64,000 nucleotides of DNA, from contig NC_090416.1 of the NCBI RefSeq assembly GCF_036365525.1, forward strand, positions 15,100,945-15,164,944, written 5' to 3'. Positions within the stretch are counted from its first letter, which is position 1. The number at the start of each line of letters is the position of its first letter. Positions 10,141-22,827 of this stretch are shown here, piece by piece. The notes under the pieces were generated by a model. The model was not told the DNA's origin, ran no database searches, and saw only the letters and a program-made list of their open reading frames with translations. The translations under genes were made by a program, and so were the position numbers. The stretch comes from Heterodontus francisci (Eukaryota).

Positions 10141-13100
10141 AGTAATGAATTCAATGCATCAAAGGGCTTGGATTTCAAAAACACCTGACCCGACCCCCAG
10201 GTTTTCCGGAGCTCTTTACCGCCAATTGAAGTACTTTTTCGAAATGTTGCAATTCAGGAAAAACAGCAGTAAATTTGTGCACTGCAAGATCCCACAGACA
10301 GAAATTTAATAATGGCAGCTATTTTAGTGATGTTGGTTGAGGGATAAATAATGGCACCAGGACACTGGGGAGAGCGTCACGTGCTCTTCTTGCAATTATG
10401 TCTATGGGATCTTTTATGTCCACCTGAGAAGGCAGACAGGGACCTCGGTTTAATCTCTCCCTTGAAAGATGGCACCTCTGACACTGTGGCGCTCCTTCAG
10501 TACTGCATCGGCAGCATCAGTCAAGATTATGGGCCAAGGTTTCTGGAGTGGGACTGAGGCAAGCTGCCCCTGTTTAGCACTCCAGGCTACACTGCCCACA
10601 AGAGGGAGGAGCCTTGTGTCAGATAGGAAGTGACAACCATCTTTCGCCCTGTAGAGAGCTCCTGCAATAAGTGGGAGCATTTGTGACAGGTGGGAGAATA
10701 TTTGAAGGAAGCTGCCAAGGTAAGACTATGTTAACACATTATCATAAAGTGAAATTTCAAGTAAGACTCGGGAAATGAGACTGAGGGTCATTAGCACACT
10801 AATAGTACATAAGTGACAAAGCGTTTTCAAACATGGCCTTTGTACGTACAAAGGGGGTTCACATCGAGGTACAGAGAAATGACCGAACCATACATTTAGT
10901 CACAATGTACAATGTTTATGGAAGAGGGATCTCACAGCACATGATGCACTCGCACGTTCCTCTCCTATGCAACATGTTGAGGCTGAATCAAGCAGTTCAC
11001 AAACTTGGTGTCATATTTGAACCCGTTCTTGGCTCAGCCTATTTGTTTTTGGTAACATTCATTCGTGGCTTTGTTAAACCTGAATATTCGAAAACACTCC
11101 CACCTTCTACCCTCAGCAAACTTACGGTCAGCGAACACTCTGCTGTTCTTGTCCTAATTTGTACTAAATCCTGTTTGCCCACCAACCCTATGCTCCCTGA
11201 CCTGGTTAAGCAGCTCTCCATTTGCCCCCTCCCAATCTCAATATCCTCCTCCAGCTCTAGAGCCCCACGACATCTCTGTGCTCCTTTAATTCGGACTTCT
11301 TAAGCATACCTGATTTCAATCGCTCCACCAGTGGCAGCCATGCCTTCGGTTGCCTGTGTCCTAAGCTTTGGAATTTTCCCCTCTCACTAGCTCTGAAGAA
11401 ATGTCACTGACCTGAAACGGTAACACCGCTGCTCTCTACACAGATGCGGCTACACACGCTGAGTATTTCCAGGATTTCTTATTTTTAATTCAGATTTCCA
11501 GCATCCGCGGTATTTTGCTTTTATATATGTGGCCTGAGCACTGATCTACACAAGGTTAAGAAAGTTTAAGAAGCTTTAGAAACCAAACACTCTCGTGATG
11601 TGCTGTGCTCAGGATAGTCCTCATCTTTCACTTTAATGTAGTTAGTGGTCACACGAGAGCCATTAATAATTTTTACTCACCAATACACTTAAATAACCCA
11701 GTGCACGCAGTGCTTTGAGAATAACCTCCATTATACTCACAGGCAAACCTATTTAATTAGCAGGTTAAGCCTGGTGCCGCTGCGACAGTGCATTCGTAGG
11801 GACACAAGCGTAATACGTCATGACACAAGGTTAATATGTAAATACGCTCGTGGTCACGCACACTAATCGACTCCACCCACCATCCGTGCACATGCTCAGT
11901 GGCGACACTCTGCGTCTTTTGTTCTGTGGACATTTCACAGACATGATTAAACATGTTCAGAATCCTGACTTCCTTATCCAGGAGCAGGGGAACAGGAGTA
12001 GATCCAAAGTGGATTCTCCCACAATTCCCACATTGAGCGGCTGCTGTCACATTTCAGTTCACTCACAAACTGGATAGACCCGCTTGGTGCTTTCTGCTCC
12101 CATTCTACACACGTTACTGTGTCTCCTAACATAACACCGCCTACCAACCTGGATATAAAACGCCCTATTTCTTCATCAGAGTTACTAACAAATATGATGG
12201 AAGGATTGAGGCCCCAGCGCCGATCCACAGATCACTTGCCACAACTTGCCAACCTGAGACCTCCTTTTTATCCCCACTTCCTGTCTCCTGCCTCTCAACC
12301 AAATTCCAACCCAAATCGAAAGGCTGCCTCCAATTCCATGCAATGTCAATTTTGACACTAAACCTTTGTGTAGGACCTGATTAATGCCTTCTGGGAGACC
12401 ATCCAGATAACATTCATGGACACTCCTTTGCCGATGGATAGTGACAGCCGCAAGAGATGGAACTATATTAATCAGACATGATTTAACTTTAACAAAGCCA
12501 TGTTGGCCCCTCTGCTCAATTTATATTTCCTTAAGTGTTCACTCAATCTATCCCTGATGACAGAGCTTCCCCACAACTGATGTTACACTGACAGGTCAGC
12601 TGTTACCTGGTTCCCCTCTCCCATCCTTCGTAAATTATCCAATATATGAAGTACTGTGTACAGTTATGGAGGGCGTATCGCAGAAAGTGAATTTTGGATG
12701 ATGTGGATACTCACCAGAATGTTACTGGTAATCCAGGGATTACATGATGAGGAACGATTACATAATCTAGGCATGTATTGCTGGAATATGGAATGTTAAA
12801 GGCCGATTTGACTGAGATTTGTAGGATTTTGAAAAGGATTGATAGGGTACATTGAGAGAAACGATTCCTCTAGTAAGGGGCTATGTCCTGAACAAGGAGA
12901 CATGTTTTTTAAAATTAATAAATCCAATGGGGAATTCAAGAAAAACCTCTTTTCCCAGAGAGTGGTGAGAATATGGAACTCACTACCAGAAGGAGTGGTT
13001 GAGGGGAATAGCAGAGATTAGTGTTTCTGTACTGTAATTACATTAAATGTTGTCTGGGCTGTAAATTATACTCTCAGTCCCCTCAATGTCACTTTAAGTG

Positions 13101-13455
13101 TTGAATAAAGTTGGACCATATTAATTTCAGGTCAGCATTTCATCTTTATTAAGAGCTGTATGACACAAGTTCCCAAACACAAAACGGTCACCGACTAAAG
13201 GGGAATCCGTTCCCATTTTACACACAGAGAAAGTTAACACACAGGAAATTGGGGACAATTCTACAGGAAATTTCATGTCACAAAGTCAGAAAATCATTTC
13301 ACCCGCTTCTGATATTATTCAACATTCGGGTTGTCCGCCAAAAACTGACATTGCTACAGTGATTACATTGCAAAACAACAAAGAAAAGAAGATTCCACAT
13401 ATTGAATAATATTTCATCAGCAATAAATCAAACTCTAAGCCCCAGTTGCCCCCTC

Positions 13456-13784
13456 TCAGTCGGAACAAGCGGTGGAGCTGATGGTTTTGAGGAGAGGTGA
13501 GCTCAGAGAGCCGTGGTCCACACTGCAGGTATAGCTGGAGCCCTTATTCCAGGCAGTGGCGGGGACTCTCAGGTAACTGCTCAGGCTGCAGGTTTGATCA
13601 CTGTCCGTGGACACGGTGCCTGTGGTCACCCCGCTGTCTGTCTCTTTATCATCCACTCTCCAGAGAACCCGCATGAAACCTGGCTTAAAGCGGCACACCA
13701 GGCAGGTCAGAGTAGCCCATCCGGAGTCTACTTCTTCCGAGGAAGGAAGGAGCAGGAGAACCGATGGTTTCCGATCCTCACTAC
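13456..13784 (-). CDS. IgL constant exon C1
   Basis: SEDRKPSVLLLLPSSEEVDSGWATLTCLVCRFKPG...YTCSVDHGSL...STACSD*. Open, 329 nt, phase-1 acceptor. Confidence 0.93.
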
Positions 13785-15939
13785 CTGTTTGTGAGGGAAA
13801 AGAAAATTCATTAATATATAACCCATTAGCAGTGGGACAGATTGACCTGAAACCTGATTGGATGCTGCATTAACTCTCCTGATCCACATTAGCTTCAAAA
13901 TGAATTACTGATCCACTCAGGAGTTCCAATAAATTCTTAGATCTCTAGCTCCTGAGCTAATCTGTCAATTCCTTTTCCTACATTACAACAGTGACTACAC
14001 TTCAAAAATACTTCCATTGCCTGGAAAGCGCTTTGGATCCCGAGGACCTTAAAACTGCTTTACAAATGAGAGAATCGCAGACAGGGAGGGAGCAGCGGGA
14101 GACCATTCGGCCCATCGTGTATGTGCTGGCTTTTTGAAAGAGGTACCCAATTAGTCCCCACTCCACCCACTCTTTCTCCATAGCTGAGCCAATTTCTCCC
14201 CTTCACGTATTTATCCAATTCCCCTTTTGAAAGTTACTATTGAATCTGCTTCCACCGCCCTTTCAGGCAGCGCGTTCCAGATCACAACAACTCGCTGCGT
14301 TAAAAAAAAATTCTCCTCATCTCCCCCTCTGGTTCTTTTGCCAATTATCTTCAATCTGTGTCCCTCTGGTTACCGACCCTCCTGTCAGTGGAAACAGTTT
14401 CTCCTCATTTCCTCTGTCAAAACCCTTCATGATTTTGAACGCTCTGATTAAATCTCCCCTTAACCTTCTCTGCTCTAATGAGAACAATCCCAGATTCTCC
14501 CAGTCTCTCCACATTAACTGAAGTCCCTCATCCCTGGTCCCATTCTGGTAAGTCTCCCTCCGCACCTTCTCCCAAGACCTTGACAGTGTGACGTCCAGAA
14601 TTAGACCCAACACTCCAGCCGGGGCCTATCCAGTGATTTATAAAGGATTAATATATCCTCTTTGTTTTGTACGATCTGCCTCTATTAATAAAGTCCAGGA
14701 TCCCATCAGCTTTTCAAACAGATTTCTCATCGTGTGCTGCTGCCGTCAAAGATTAGCACACACTCAGCCCGGGGTCTCTCTTTTCCTGCACCCCCTTTAA
14801 AATTGTATCATGAACAAGGCAACCGTTCTTTCTGGTAAAATGTTAAGGTTAAAGAGGTGAATTCACGGAGCTGTGACCTGCTTTTCACGGAGTGTCATTT
14901 TTTCTCACATCACAAACAGCACAGATTCAACACAAAGATACCAGGGATAAAAGTGTTCAATTGTAAGGAATGGTAGCATAGACTAGACTAGTGTTCCCTG
15001 ACAACAGAAAATTGAGGGCCATTTGTTTGAACTCTTTCAGATGAATGTACTCAATGACTGAGCATTCACAGCGCCCTGTGAAGGCAGAACCTTCAAATTC
15101 GAGCCAGGCCTTTCAGGGATGATATCAGGGAGCATTTCCTCACACAAAGGGGAGTGGAAATCTGGAACTCTCTCCCCCCAAAGTGCTGTTGAGACTCGGA
15201 GAGGGATCAATTAGAAAATTCAAAACTGAGATTGATAGATTTTTGCTGGGGAAGGAGATTAAGGGTTACAGAACCAAGGGGTTAATATACAGATCAGCCA
15301 TGATTTAACTGAATGGTGGTTTAGACTGGAGGGGCTCAATGAGTTCAACCAAGGCCACTTAAAAAAAAAGAGTTATCTGGCCATTGCTGTTAGTGGGATC
15401 TTGCTGTGCGTAGATTGGCTTTCAGGGTCCTGAAAGGCATTAAGCCTTGCATTTCTAAAGAGCCTTTTACAACCTCAAGACTTCCCACAGCGCCTTAGAG
15501 CCAATTAAATACTTTTTGAAGTGTGCTCACTGTTGTAACGTAGAAACGCGGCAGCCAATTTAAGCACAGCAAGATCCCACAAGCAGCCAGACGATGAATA
15601 CCAGTTGCTCTGTTTTTACTGATATTGAGTGAGGGATAAATATTGTTCTCAGGAGATCTCCCTCTGCTCGATCAAAAGACAGCGCAGAGGCGAGAATGTT
15701 GTGGTTGACACAGGGATTGTTGGAAATGGAGAATGAAGAATAGTCTTAAACTAATTTTTGGACCAGTTCCTTTCCCCCAAAGCGGATTAATTCCATTCTG
15801 ACCTGTTTAACATTTCTGGGTATAAACATCAACATCAAAATTCGCTAAATGGAAATTCATCTGCCGCTCGGCAATAAAATCGGACATAAATGAATAATAA
15901 CTGAAACAATATGAATGCTCGGATGAGGGAATAACTTAC

Positions 15940-15976
15940 TCCGTATAATCAGGGCGGTCCCAGGTCCGAAGATCCA
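15940..15976 (-). CDS. IgL J segment 1 (WIFGPGTALIIR)
   Basis: FGxG motif and donor A|GTAAGT. Confidence 0.92.
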
Positions 15977-16015
15977 CACAGTGCAGCGTTTTAATGGGGC
16001 GTGTCACCTGAAACC
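15977..16015 (-). other. J1 recombination signal, 23-bp spacer
   Basis: Plus strand CACAGTG-23 bp-CCTGAAACC. Confidence 0.88.
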
Positions 16016-17654
16016 GAGGCTGGGAAGAAAGAGGTTTAAAATCTATTTGCGTTTGATTAAATTTTTGTTAAAATCTTAACCTTTGCTTTGCCAATGTTTA
16101 ATCGCTAATTGGAGTTTGCGTTGCGGGAAGGTTCCAATATCCAAAGATTTCTTGCGTTGAGTACATACTTAGTCTGTCCCAACCCCAGAATCAGGAGTGC
16201 GGGTTGTGGAGATACAGATTAACGGATTGACTTTGCCCTCAAACACGGGGGGGAACGCGCTGTTAAACTCTAATAAAAACAGAAAGTGCAATTTCACATT
16301 TCCAGCATCTGGAATATTTTGCTTTTATTTTAGTGTTAAACTCTGAAATCCTGCTTCACATTTTAAAATGTTCCCTTCCCCTAAAATACCCATTTCAGAA
16401 CAGCTGACACCCATTTCTCTCAGTCAGCAGCAAGACAAACCTGCATTTATCCATCACTTTTTAACATTTCACCTCACATGGGATTTGTTCTACAGTCTGT
16501 AAATAAATCTTGGATGAAAATACTCCTGAGGTGGAGGAAATGACTCATTAGATAAACGGGAAAGGGTGAGGATGATGAGGGACATTATAGACCCTGCTCC
16601 AGTTCACAGTGAAGTTGTTATATTACAGCCTGAGTCACTCCTTCTAAAACACAGCAGGGCAAATAAAACTTGCCACAGTATTATTAAATGATACTTTGCC
16701 TTTAAGTTGTTTCTGGTCCGATTATGTTTCCCTTTTAAACCTTGTTACAGTTGGATTAGCGGCAGGGTCAGACGTTTCCGGGATCTGTGATGTTGAAAAC
16801 TTTAAATCTGTTTGTTGTAAATCCTTTACTCCCCACATTGAGTCTCGGTCCGTGTTTTTTAAAAGTCAGAGCGAGTCTCGTTTGTATCAGTTACTTGAGA
16901 GCGAAGGGAAAATGCATTCAATGGTTGATAAGTGGGTTGGCTGGAGATATGAACTTGAAAGGAAAAATTATTTTTGTTAAATAATGATGTAACTATGAAG
17001 TGAGTTATTAGTGTAGTTAGAAAATCACTGAGAGCGGCGGGAAGAATTGACGCTCCCGGGAGCATCCCAGTGAATTTAGACAGAGATAGGTTCCCACATG
17101 GACAAGGAGCTTTTCGGTGAAGCTCAGACGCTTGTTTCTACGCTTGAACTGATCTGTTAACATTATTTAAGGGGCTGAGGTGCTCAGACTGAAGCGTCTC
17201 TCTCAGCCTTGGACTGGGGATCGAGTGCTTTCTTCCTGTTGATACCGACACTTCCTGACTGGACAACCAATCACGGCAGAGCACAGCTCACACCGGGCAC
17301 TGCACCTCGGGCAGCATTTGTTGCCTTTCCCTAATTGCCCTTGACAATTCAATGTCTTGTTGGGCCATTTCAGCGGGTAGTTAATAGTCAACCACATTGC
17401 TGTGGGTCTGGAGTCACATGTAGGCCAGATCGAGTCAGGCCATTAGTGAACCAGATGGTATTTTACAACAATGAATGATACTTTCATGGCACCATTACTG
17501 AGACTAGCTTTCAATTCCAGATTTTTATTTAGTGAATGCAAACTCCACCAGAAGCTGTGGTGAAATTTGAACCCATGCCCCAATGCATTAGCCTGGGTCA
17601 CTGGATGATTAGTTTTGTGACATTAGCATTTACGCCACCGCCTCCTCTGGCTGC

Positions 17655-18955
17655 AAAGGCACTTAAAAGGTTGGCAGTCCTCAAAGTGGAAAAGTCACCA
17701 GCTCCAGATGGGATGCATCCTCAATTGCTGAGGGAAGTAAGGGTGAACGTGGCGGAGGCTTTGGTCACAATCTTCCAATCGCCCTTGAAAATTACTGGAG
17801 GCAAACGTTTCACCGCTGTTTAAAAAGAGAGAGATAAATCCAACAACTACAGGCCAGTGACCCTAATGTCGGTGCTGGGGGAACGTTTAGAGAAAATTAT
17901 AATCTGGGACAAAATTAATTGGCATTTGGAAATGTACGGGCTAGTAGATAAAAGTCAGCACGGATTTTATGTTTGAGTAACTTGATCGAGTTCTTTGATG
18001 AAGAAAGAGAGAGGATTGATGAGGGCAGAGTGTATGGTGTTGTGTATGAGAACTTTCAAAAGGCATTTAACAAAGTATCACATAATAGACTTAATGGTAA
18101 ATTAAAGGATTAAAGGGTCAGTGACAGCATGGTTAGAAAGTCAGAAAGGAACAGAAAGCAGAGAGTGGTGGTGTATCAAAAACAAAATGGTTGTTTCTTA
18201 GCCTGAAGAGTGGTGTTCCCCAGGAATCGGTATGTTTCATCTATATTAATGACCTAGAACTGGAGACACAGGGAATAACTTTTCAGATGATATCAAACTT
18301 GGAAATATAGTCAATGATGAGACAGACAGTAATAAACTTCAGGAAGACAGAGACAGACTGGTGAAATTGACACATGGCAGATGAAATCCAACAAGTTGAG
18401 ATCCTTGCCTTTATTGTCAGAGAAGTAGAGTACAAAGGGAAGGAAGTTATGCGAAACCTTAATAAAACACCGTTTAGGCCTCAACTGGAGTTCCCTGTTC
18501 AATTTTGGGGACGGCAATTTCGGAAGGGCGTGAAGGCCTTCGAGTGAGTGTTGAGGGGATTTACCAGAGATGAGGGACTTCAGTTAATGTGAAGCGACTG
18601 GAGACGCTGGGATTGTTCTCTTTGGAGCAGAGAAGATTAAGGGGAGTTAGAATAGAGAGCTTCAAATCATGACGGGCTTTGTCAGATAATGACAAACTGG
18701 CAGCAGTAGCAGACGACTGGTATCCAGAGAACTGGATTTAAGGTGATTGACAAAAGAAACAGAGGTGGAGGATTTTTTTTCACTCACTGAGTTGTTGTGA
18801 TCTGGAATGTACAACCTGAAAGGGAGGTGGAGACGGATTCAACAGCAACATTGAAAAGGGAATTGGATAAATAATTGAAGAGAAAATAGTACACGGCTAC
18901 GGGGGAGAGCAGGGGCAGGAGATTAGTTGATAAATCTACCAAAGAGCCGTCAGTC
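17655..18955 (+). mobile_element. Decayed CR1 LINE ORF2 fragment
   Basis: KSPAPDGMHPQLLREV and NYRPV motifs with many frameshifts. Homologous copies at ~34390 and ~47020. Confidence 0.8.
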
Positions 18956-20198
18956 ATAGAGTTATATAGCACAGAAACAAGCCCTTCTGCCCATCGTGTC
19001 CATGCCCACCATCAAGCACCTAAATATGTTAATTCAATTTTCTGGCACTTGGCCCGTAGCCTTGTATGTTCTGCCGTTTCAAGTGCTCATCCAAATACTT
19101 CTTAAATGTTGTGAGAATTCATGGCACTACCATCACCTCAGGCAGTGCGTTCTAGATTCCAACCACCCTCTGGATGAAAGATTTGTTTCCTCAAATCCCC
19201 TCTAAACCACCTGCCCTTACCTTAAATCGATGCCCCCTGGCTATTGACCCCCCCCCCCCACTAAAGGAAAACGTTTGTTCCTACCTAACCTATCAATGCC
19301 CCTCATAATATATATACCTCAATCATATCCCCTCTCAGCCTTCTCTGCTCTAAGGAAAACAACCCTAGCCTTTTCAGTCTCTCTTCATAGCTGAAATGCT
19401 CCAGCCCACGCACCATCCTGGTGAATCTCCTCTGCACCCGTTCCAGAGCAATCACATCCTTCCTATAGTGTGGTGCCCAGAACTGTATACAGTACACCTG
19501 CTGTGGCCTAACTAGCAATTTTTGCAGCTCCTCCATAACCTCCCTGCTCTTATATTCTATGCCTCGGCTGATAAAGGCAAGTATCCCATGTGCCTTCCTA
19601 ACCACCTTATCTACCTGTGCTGCTGCCTTCAGTGATCTATGTACAAGTACACCAAGGTCCCTCTCACCTTCTGTATGTCCTATGGTCTGACCATCCACTG
19701 TCTTTTCCTTTGCCTTAATAGTCCTCCCAAAATGCATCTCTTCACACTTCTCAGGATTAAATTCCATTTGCCACTGCTCCGCCCATCGAGATCGTCCTGT
19801 AATCGAAGGCGTCCCTCCTCACTATTTACGATACCACCAATTTTCATGTCATCTGCGAACTTACTTATCATACCTCCCATCTTCACGTCTAAATCATTAA
19901 TGTAAGCAGCAAACAGCAAGAGTCCCAACAACGATCCCTGCGCTTCACCATTGGTCAAAGGCTTCCACTCGCAAAAGCAACCCTTGACCATCATCCTCTG
20001 CCTCCGGCCACGAAGCCAATTATGGATCCACTTTGCCAAATTGCCCCGCATCCCATGGGCTCTTGCCTTCTTTACCAAACTACCATGGTGGCCCTTTTCA
20101 AAAGCCTTACTGAAGTCCATGTAGACTACAACAACTGCTTTACCCTCATCTACACATCTAGTCACCGCCTCGAAATATTCAGTCAAATTAGTTAGACC
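18955..20198 (-). mobile_element. CR1 LINE 3' fragment (reverse transcriptase)
   Basis: ORFs contain YMDFSKAF, QGSLLG, KFADD and LERVQRRFTRM. Confidence 0.9.
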
Positions 20199-20386
20199 TC
20201 GGGCACCGTCCTCATTCTGTGTCGTATCATTCTATGAGCCTAAGCTTCTATAACATCAATCCCAGTCACGATAAGCAGTGTGTCTTCCTGGTGTAATTTG
20301 TGGGATAAATAAACAGTCTGGCTGCGTGTACTGGCGTCACCATAGCCACCCCAATAACTATCAGAATTCCTTGTCATATGTTACAC

Positions 20387-20610
20387 GGGTAACAGCGCCA
20401 CCTACTGTAGAGGCAGCACCTGGGAACAGTGCCACCTACTGTAGTGGGAGTACATGGGAACACTGCCACCTACTGTTGAGGGAACAACTGGGAACCGTGC
20501 CACCGAATGCAGTGGGAGGACAGGGGAACAGTGCCACCTAATGTACAGACAGCACTTGGGAACAGTGCCACCTACTGCTGAGGGAGCACCTGGGAGACAG
20601 CGCCAACTAC
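20387..20610. repeat. Minisatellite, ~6.5 copies of a 34-bp unit (GGGAACAGTGCCACCTACTG...)
   Basis: Direct tandem units visible in the sequence. Confidence 0.9.
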
Positions 20611-21164
20611 TCGTTTTATTTGTCAGGGCTCTGCTGGGTTCGCAGGAGGCTATTCAACCGCTACGTGCCGCACGATAACAGTTATGTTAATTAGAGCATC
20701 AATTCCTCTTCCTGTATCTCCCACACTCTGCTACAGAGATCGATGTCATCACTGATAGGCCCCAGACGTATCCAGGCATGACGTCCACACTCAGTTCCTG
20801 GCTTTTGACTGGAGATGTTGCACGAGATGATACGTGGGTTTTACAGTGAATGTGGCACCATCATTGCAACCTGCAGCTAATGACGGCCTGAGCCATTCGG
20901 CCCATTTACCCCGTACCATCTCTCTGAAGGAGCTCGCCTCTTAGTCCCCATTCACCAACCTTTTCAAATTTTCATCCTCCAGATATTTACCCATTTCCTT
21001 TTTCAAACCTATTCTGATTATGCTTCTACTGAGACAGTGCATGACCATTAACCTTCTGTGTAAACGATATTCGCCTGGCCTCTCCCTCAGTTCCTGTAGG
21101 GATGATGTTAAATTGATAGTGACTCACCAATCGCTGCAAAGATCTCTGAAGAGAGAGAGTGATG

Positions 21165-22055
21165 ATACAAAGCTCGGAGGAAAGGTAAGCTGTGAGGAGG
21201 AGATAGAGAGGCTGAAAAGGGGCATAGACTGGTTACATGAGTGGGTAGGAAAGTCGCAGATGGAGTATAAAGCGGAAAAGATTGAAATTATCCACTTTGA
21301 TAGGAAGAATAGAAAAGTAGAATCTTTTTTAAAAGGTGTGGGACTTGTAAATCTTGGTGTTCAAAGGGATTTGGTGTCATTGTACCCAAATCACAGACAG
21401 CTAACATGCAGGTACAACAAGCAATTAGGGAAGCAAATGGTATTGTTAGCCTTTAATGCAAGGGAGGTGGAGTATAAGAGGGTGGAAGTCATTCTGCAAT
21501 TGTACAGAGCTTTGGTGAGACCACACCTGGAGAACTGAGTGCAGGTTTGGTATCCCTACCTAAGGAAGGACACACTTGCCTTAGAGGCAGTAGAATGAAG
21601 GTTCACCAGATTGATTCCTGGGGTGAGAGGGTTGTCCTATGAGGAGAGATTGAGTAGAATGGGCCAATATTCTCGAGAGTTTGGAAGAATGAGAGATGAT
21701 CACATTGAAACATATAACATTAACAGGGTAGATGTTGAGAGGCTGTTTCCCCCTGGCTGCAGAGTCTGGAACTAGGGGGTCACAGTATCAGGATAAGGGC
21801 TCGGCCGTTTAGGGCTGAGATGAGAAGATATTTCTTTACTCAGAGGGTTGTCAATCTTTGGAATTCTCTACCCCAGAGAGCTGTGGGATGCTCAGTCATT
21901 GAGTATATTCAACACAAAGATCGATATATTATTGGGTGCTGAGGGAATCAAGGGATATGGGGAACGGGACGGAAAGTAGAATTGAGGTAGAAGATCTGAC
22001 ATGATTTGGTTAAATGACAGAACAGGCTCGAGGGGCCGAATGTCCTATTACTTAC
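21165..22055 (+). mobile_element. CR1 LINE 3' end
   Basis: DDTKLGG...LYRALVRPHLE and a CR1-type 3' UTR. Homologous copy at ~48165-49055. Confidence 0.85.
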
Positions 22056-22334
22056 TTCTTTGTTTAAAGGTCAAGAGGTGAGTGTACAATCCACAAAAAA
22101 ATGCATTATTGATTTAAAAGCTACTGTAGGCCATCAAACATTTATCTGCCCAGTTATATTCATAATGTTGATGATTCACATGGCTGAACAGCCAGGTTCC
22201 AGTCTGTATCTGTGATTGGTACTGATAGCATATCAGGCCAGGCCCTCGTCATCTGTCTATAGGGGACCTGGGCGGTGTTCTGAAAGCCTTATTTTAGCTC
22301 CTGATACCCAAATCGATGCTGTTTTTGCTTTGTT

Positions 22335-22500
22335 TGTGATGTGGTGCAGGTGGTGTGGTCACTCGCTGCAGGGGGTGGGAGAGGAGCCCCGGGGAGGAAC
22401 CGAAACCTCCCTGTTCACTGTCTGATAAGCAGCAGCGAGCAGCAGCATCTGGCCCCAGATCCCCAGATCTGAAACACCGCAGAGCCGACTGTGGTTTCAC
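22335..22500. promoter_or_regulatory. Candidate B-cell enhancer, copy 1 (EICE, E-boxes, RUNX, EBF-like)
   Basis: GGAACCGAAA 22396-22405, CAGGTG 22347, CATCTG 22446, TGTGGT at 22340, 22354 and 22490. Confidence 0.5.
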
Positions 22501-22827
22501 ACACAAATAGGACGGAAATCTCAGAAACACCGTTAAACCTTCACATTCTTGGCCACGTTGCACATTTACAACGAAACATCCCATTATATGGACTGGGCCC
22601 CTCTGGAGAACTGAACTGAACTCCTGCTTTAAAACACCCCTTTAAACGGAAATCTTTCACCGAACTTTTGGTCACCGGTCCCAATATCTCCTTATCTGGC
22701 TCAGTGGCAAATGTTGCCCTGTGAAGCGCCTTGGGACGTTTTACTAAGTTAAAGGTGCTATGTAAATGCAAGGGTGACACATGTGCTCTCAGCACTGAGC
22801 CACACAAGGTTAAGAAAGTTTAAGAAG

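Larger units (their letters stand above)
13456..16015 (-). pseudogene. IgL (type I/NS5/sigma-cart-like) cluster 1: orphan J-C with V, leader and promoter deleted
   Basis: C exon 13784-13456 and J 15976-15940 with RSS. The sequence just beyond the J-RSS joins directly to what is upstream-promoter sequence in clusters 3/4 (junction ~16034). Confidence 0.88.

Noticed and set aside
10833-11303. 156-aa ORF
   Set aside because: No domain signature, and it runs into decayed L2-like sequence.
11757-12355. ORFs recurring 3' of each C exon (also ~27900, ~39850, ~53300)
   Set aside because: No recognisable domain, and frames and stops differ between copies. Explained by segmental duplication.
13513-13873. 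Plus-strand ORFs over C exons and leaders (e.g. MVHTAG..., MDTVPV..., MPKTISH...)
   Set aside because: Antisense shadows of the minus-strand Ig exons.
20387-20610. CRISPR-like periodic repeat
   Set aside because: Eukaryotic DNA, no cas genes, and the between-core segments are degenerate copies of each other. It is a minisatellite.
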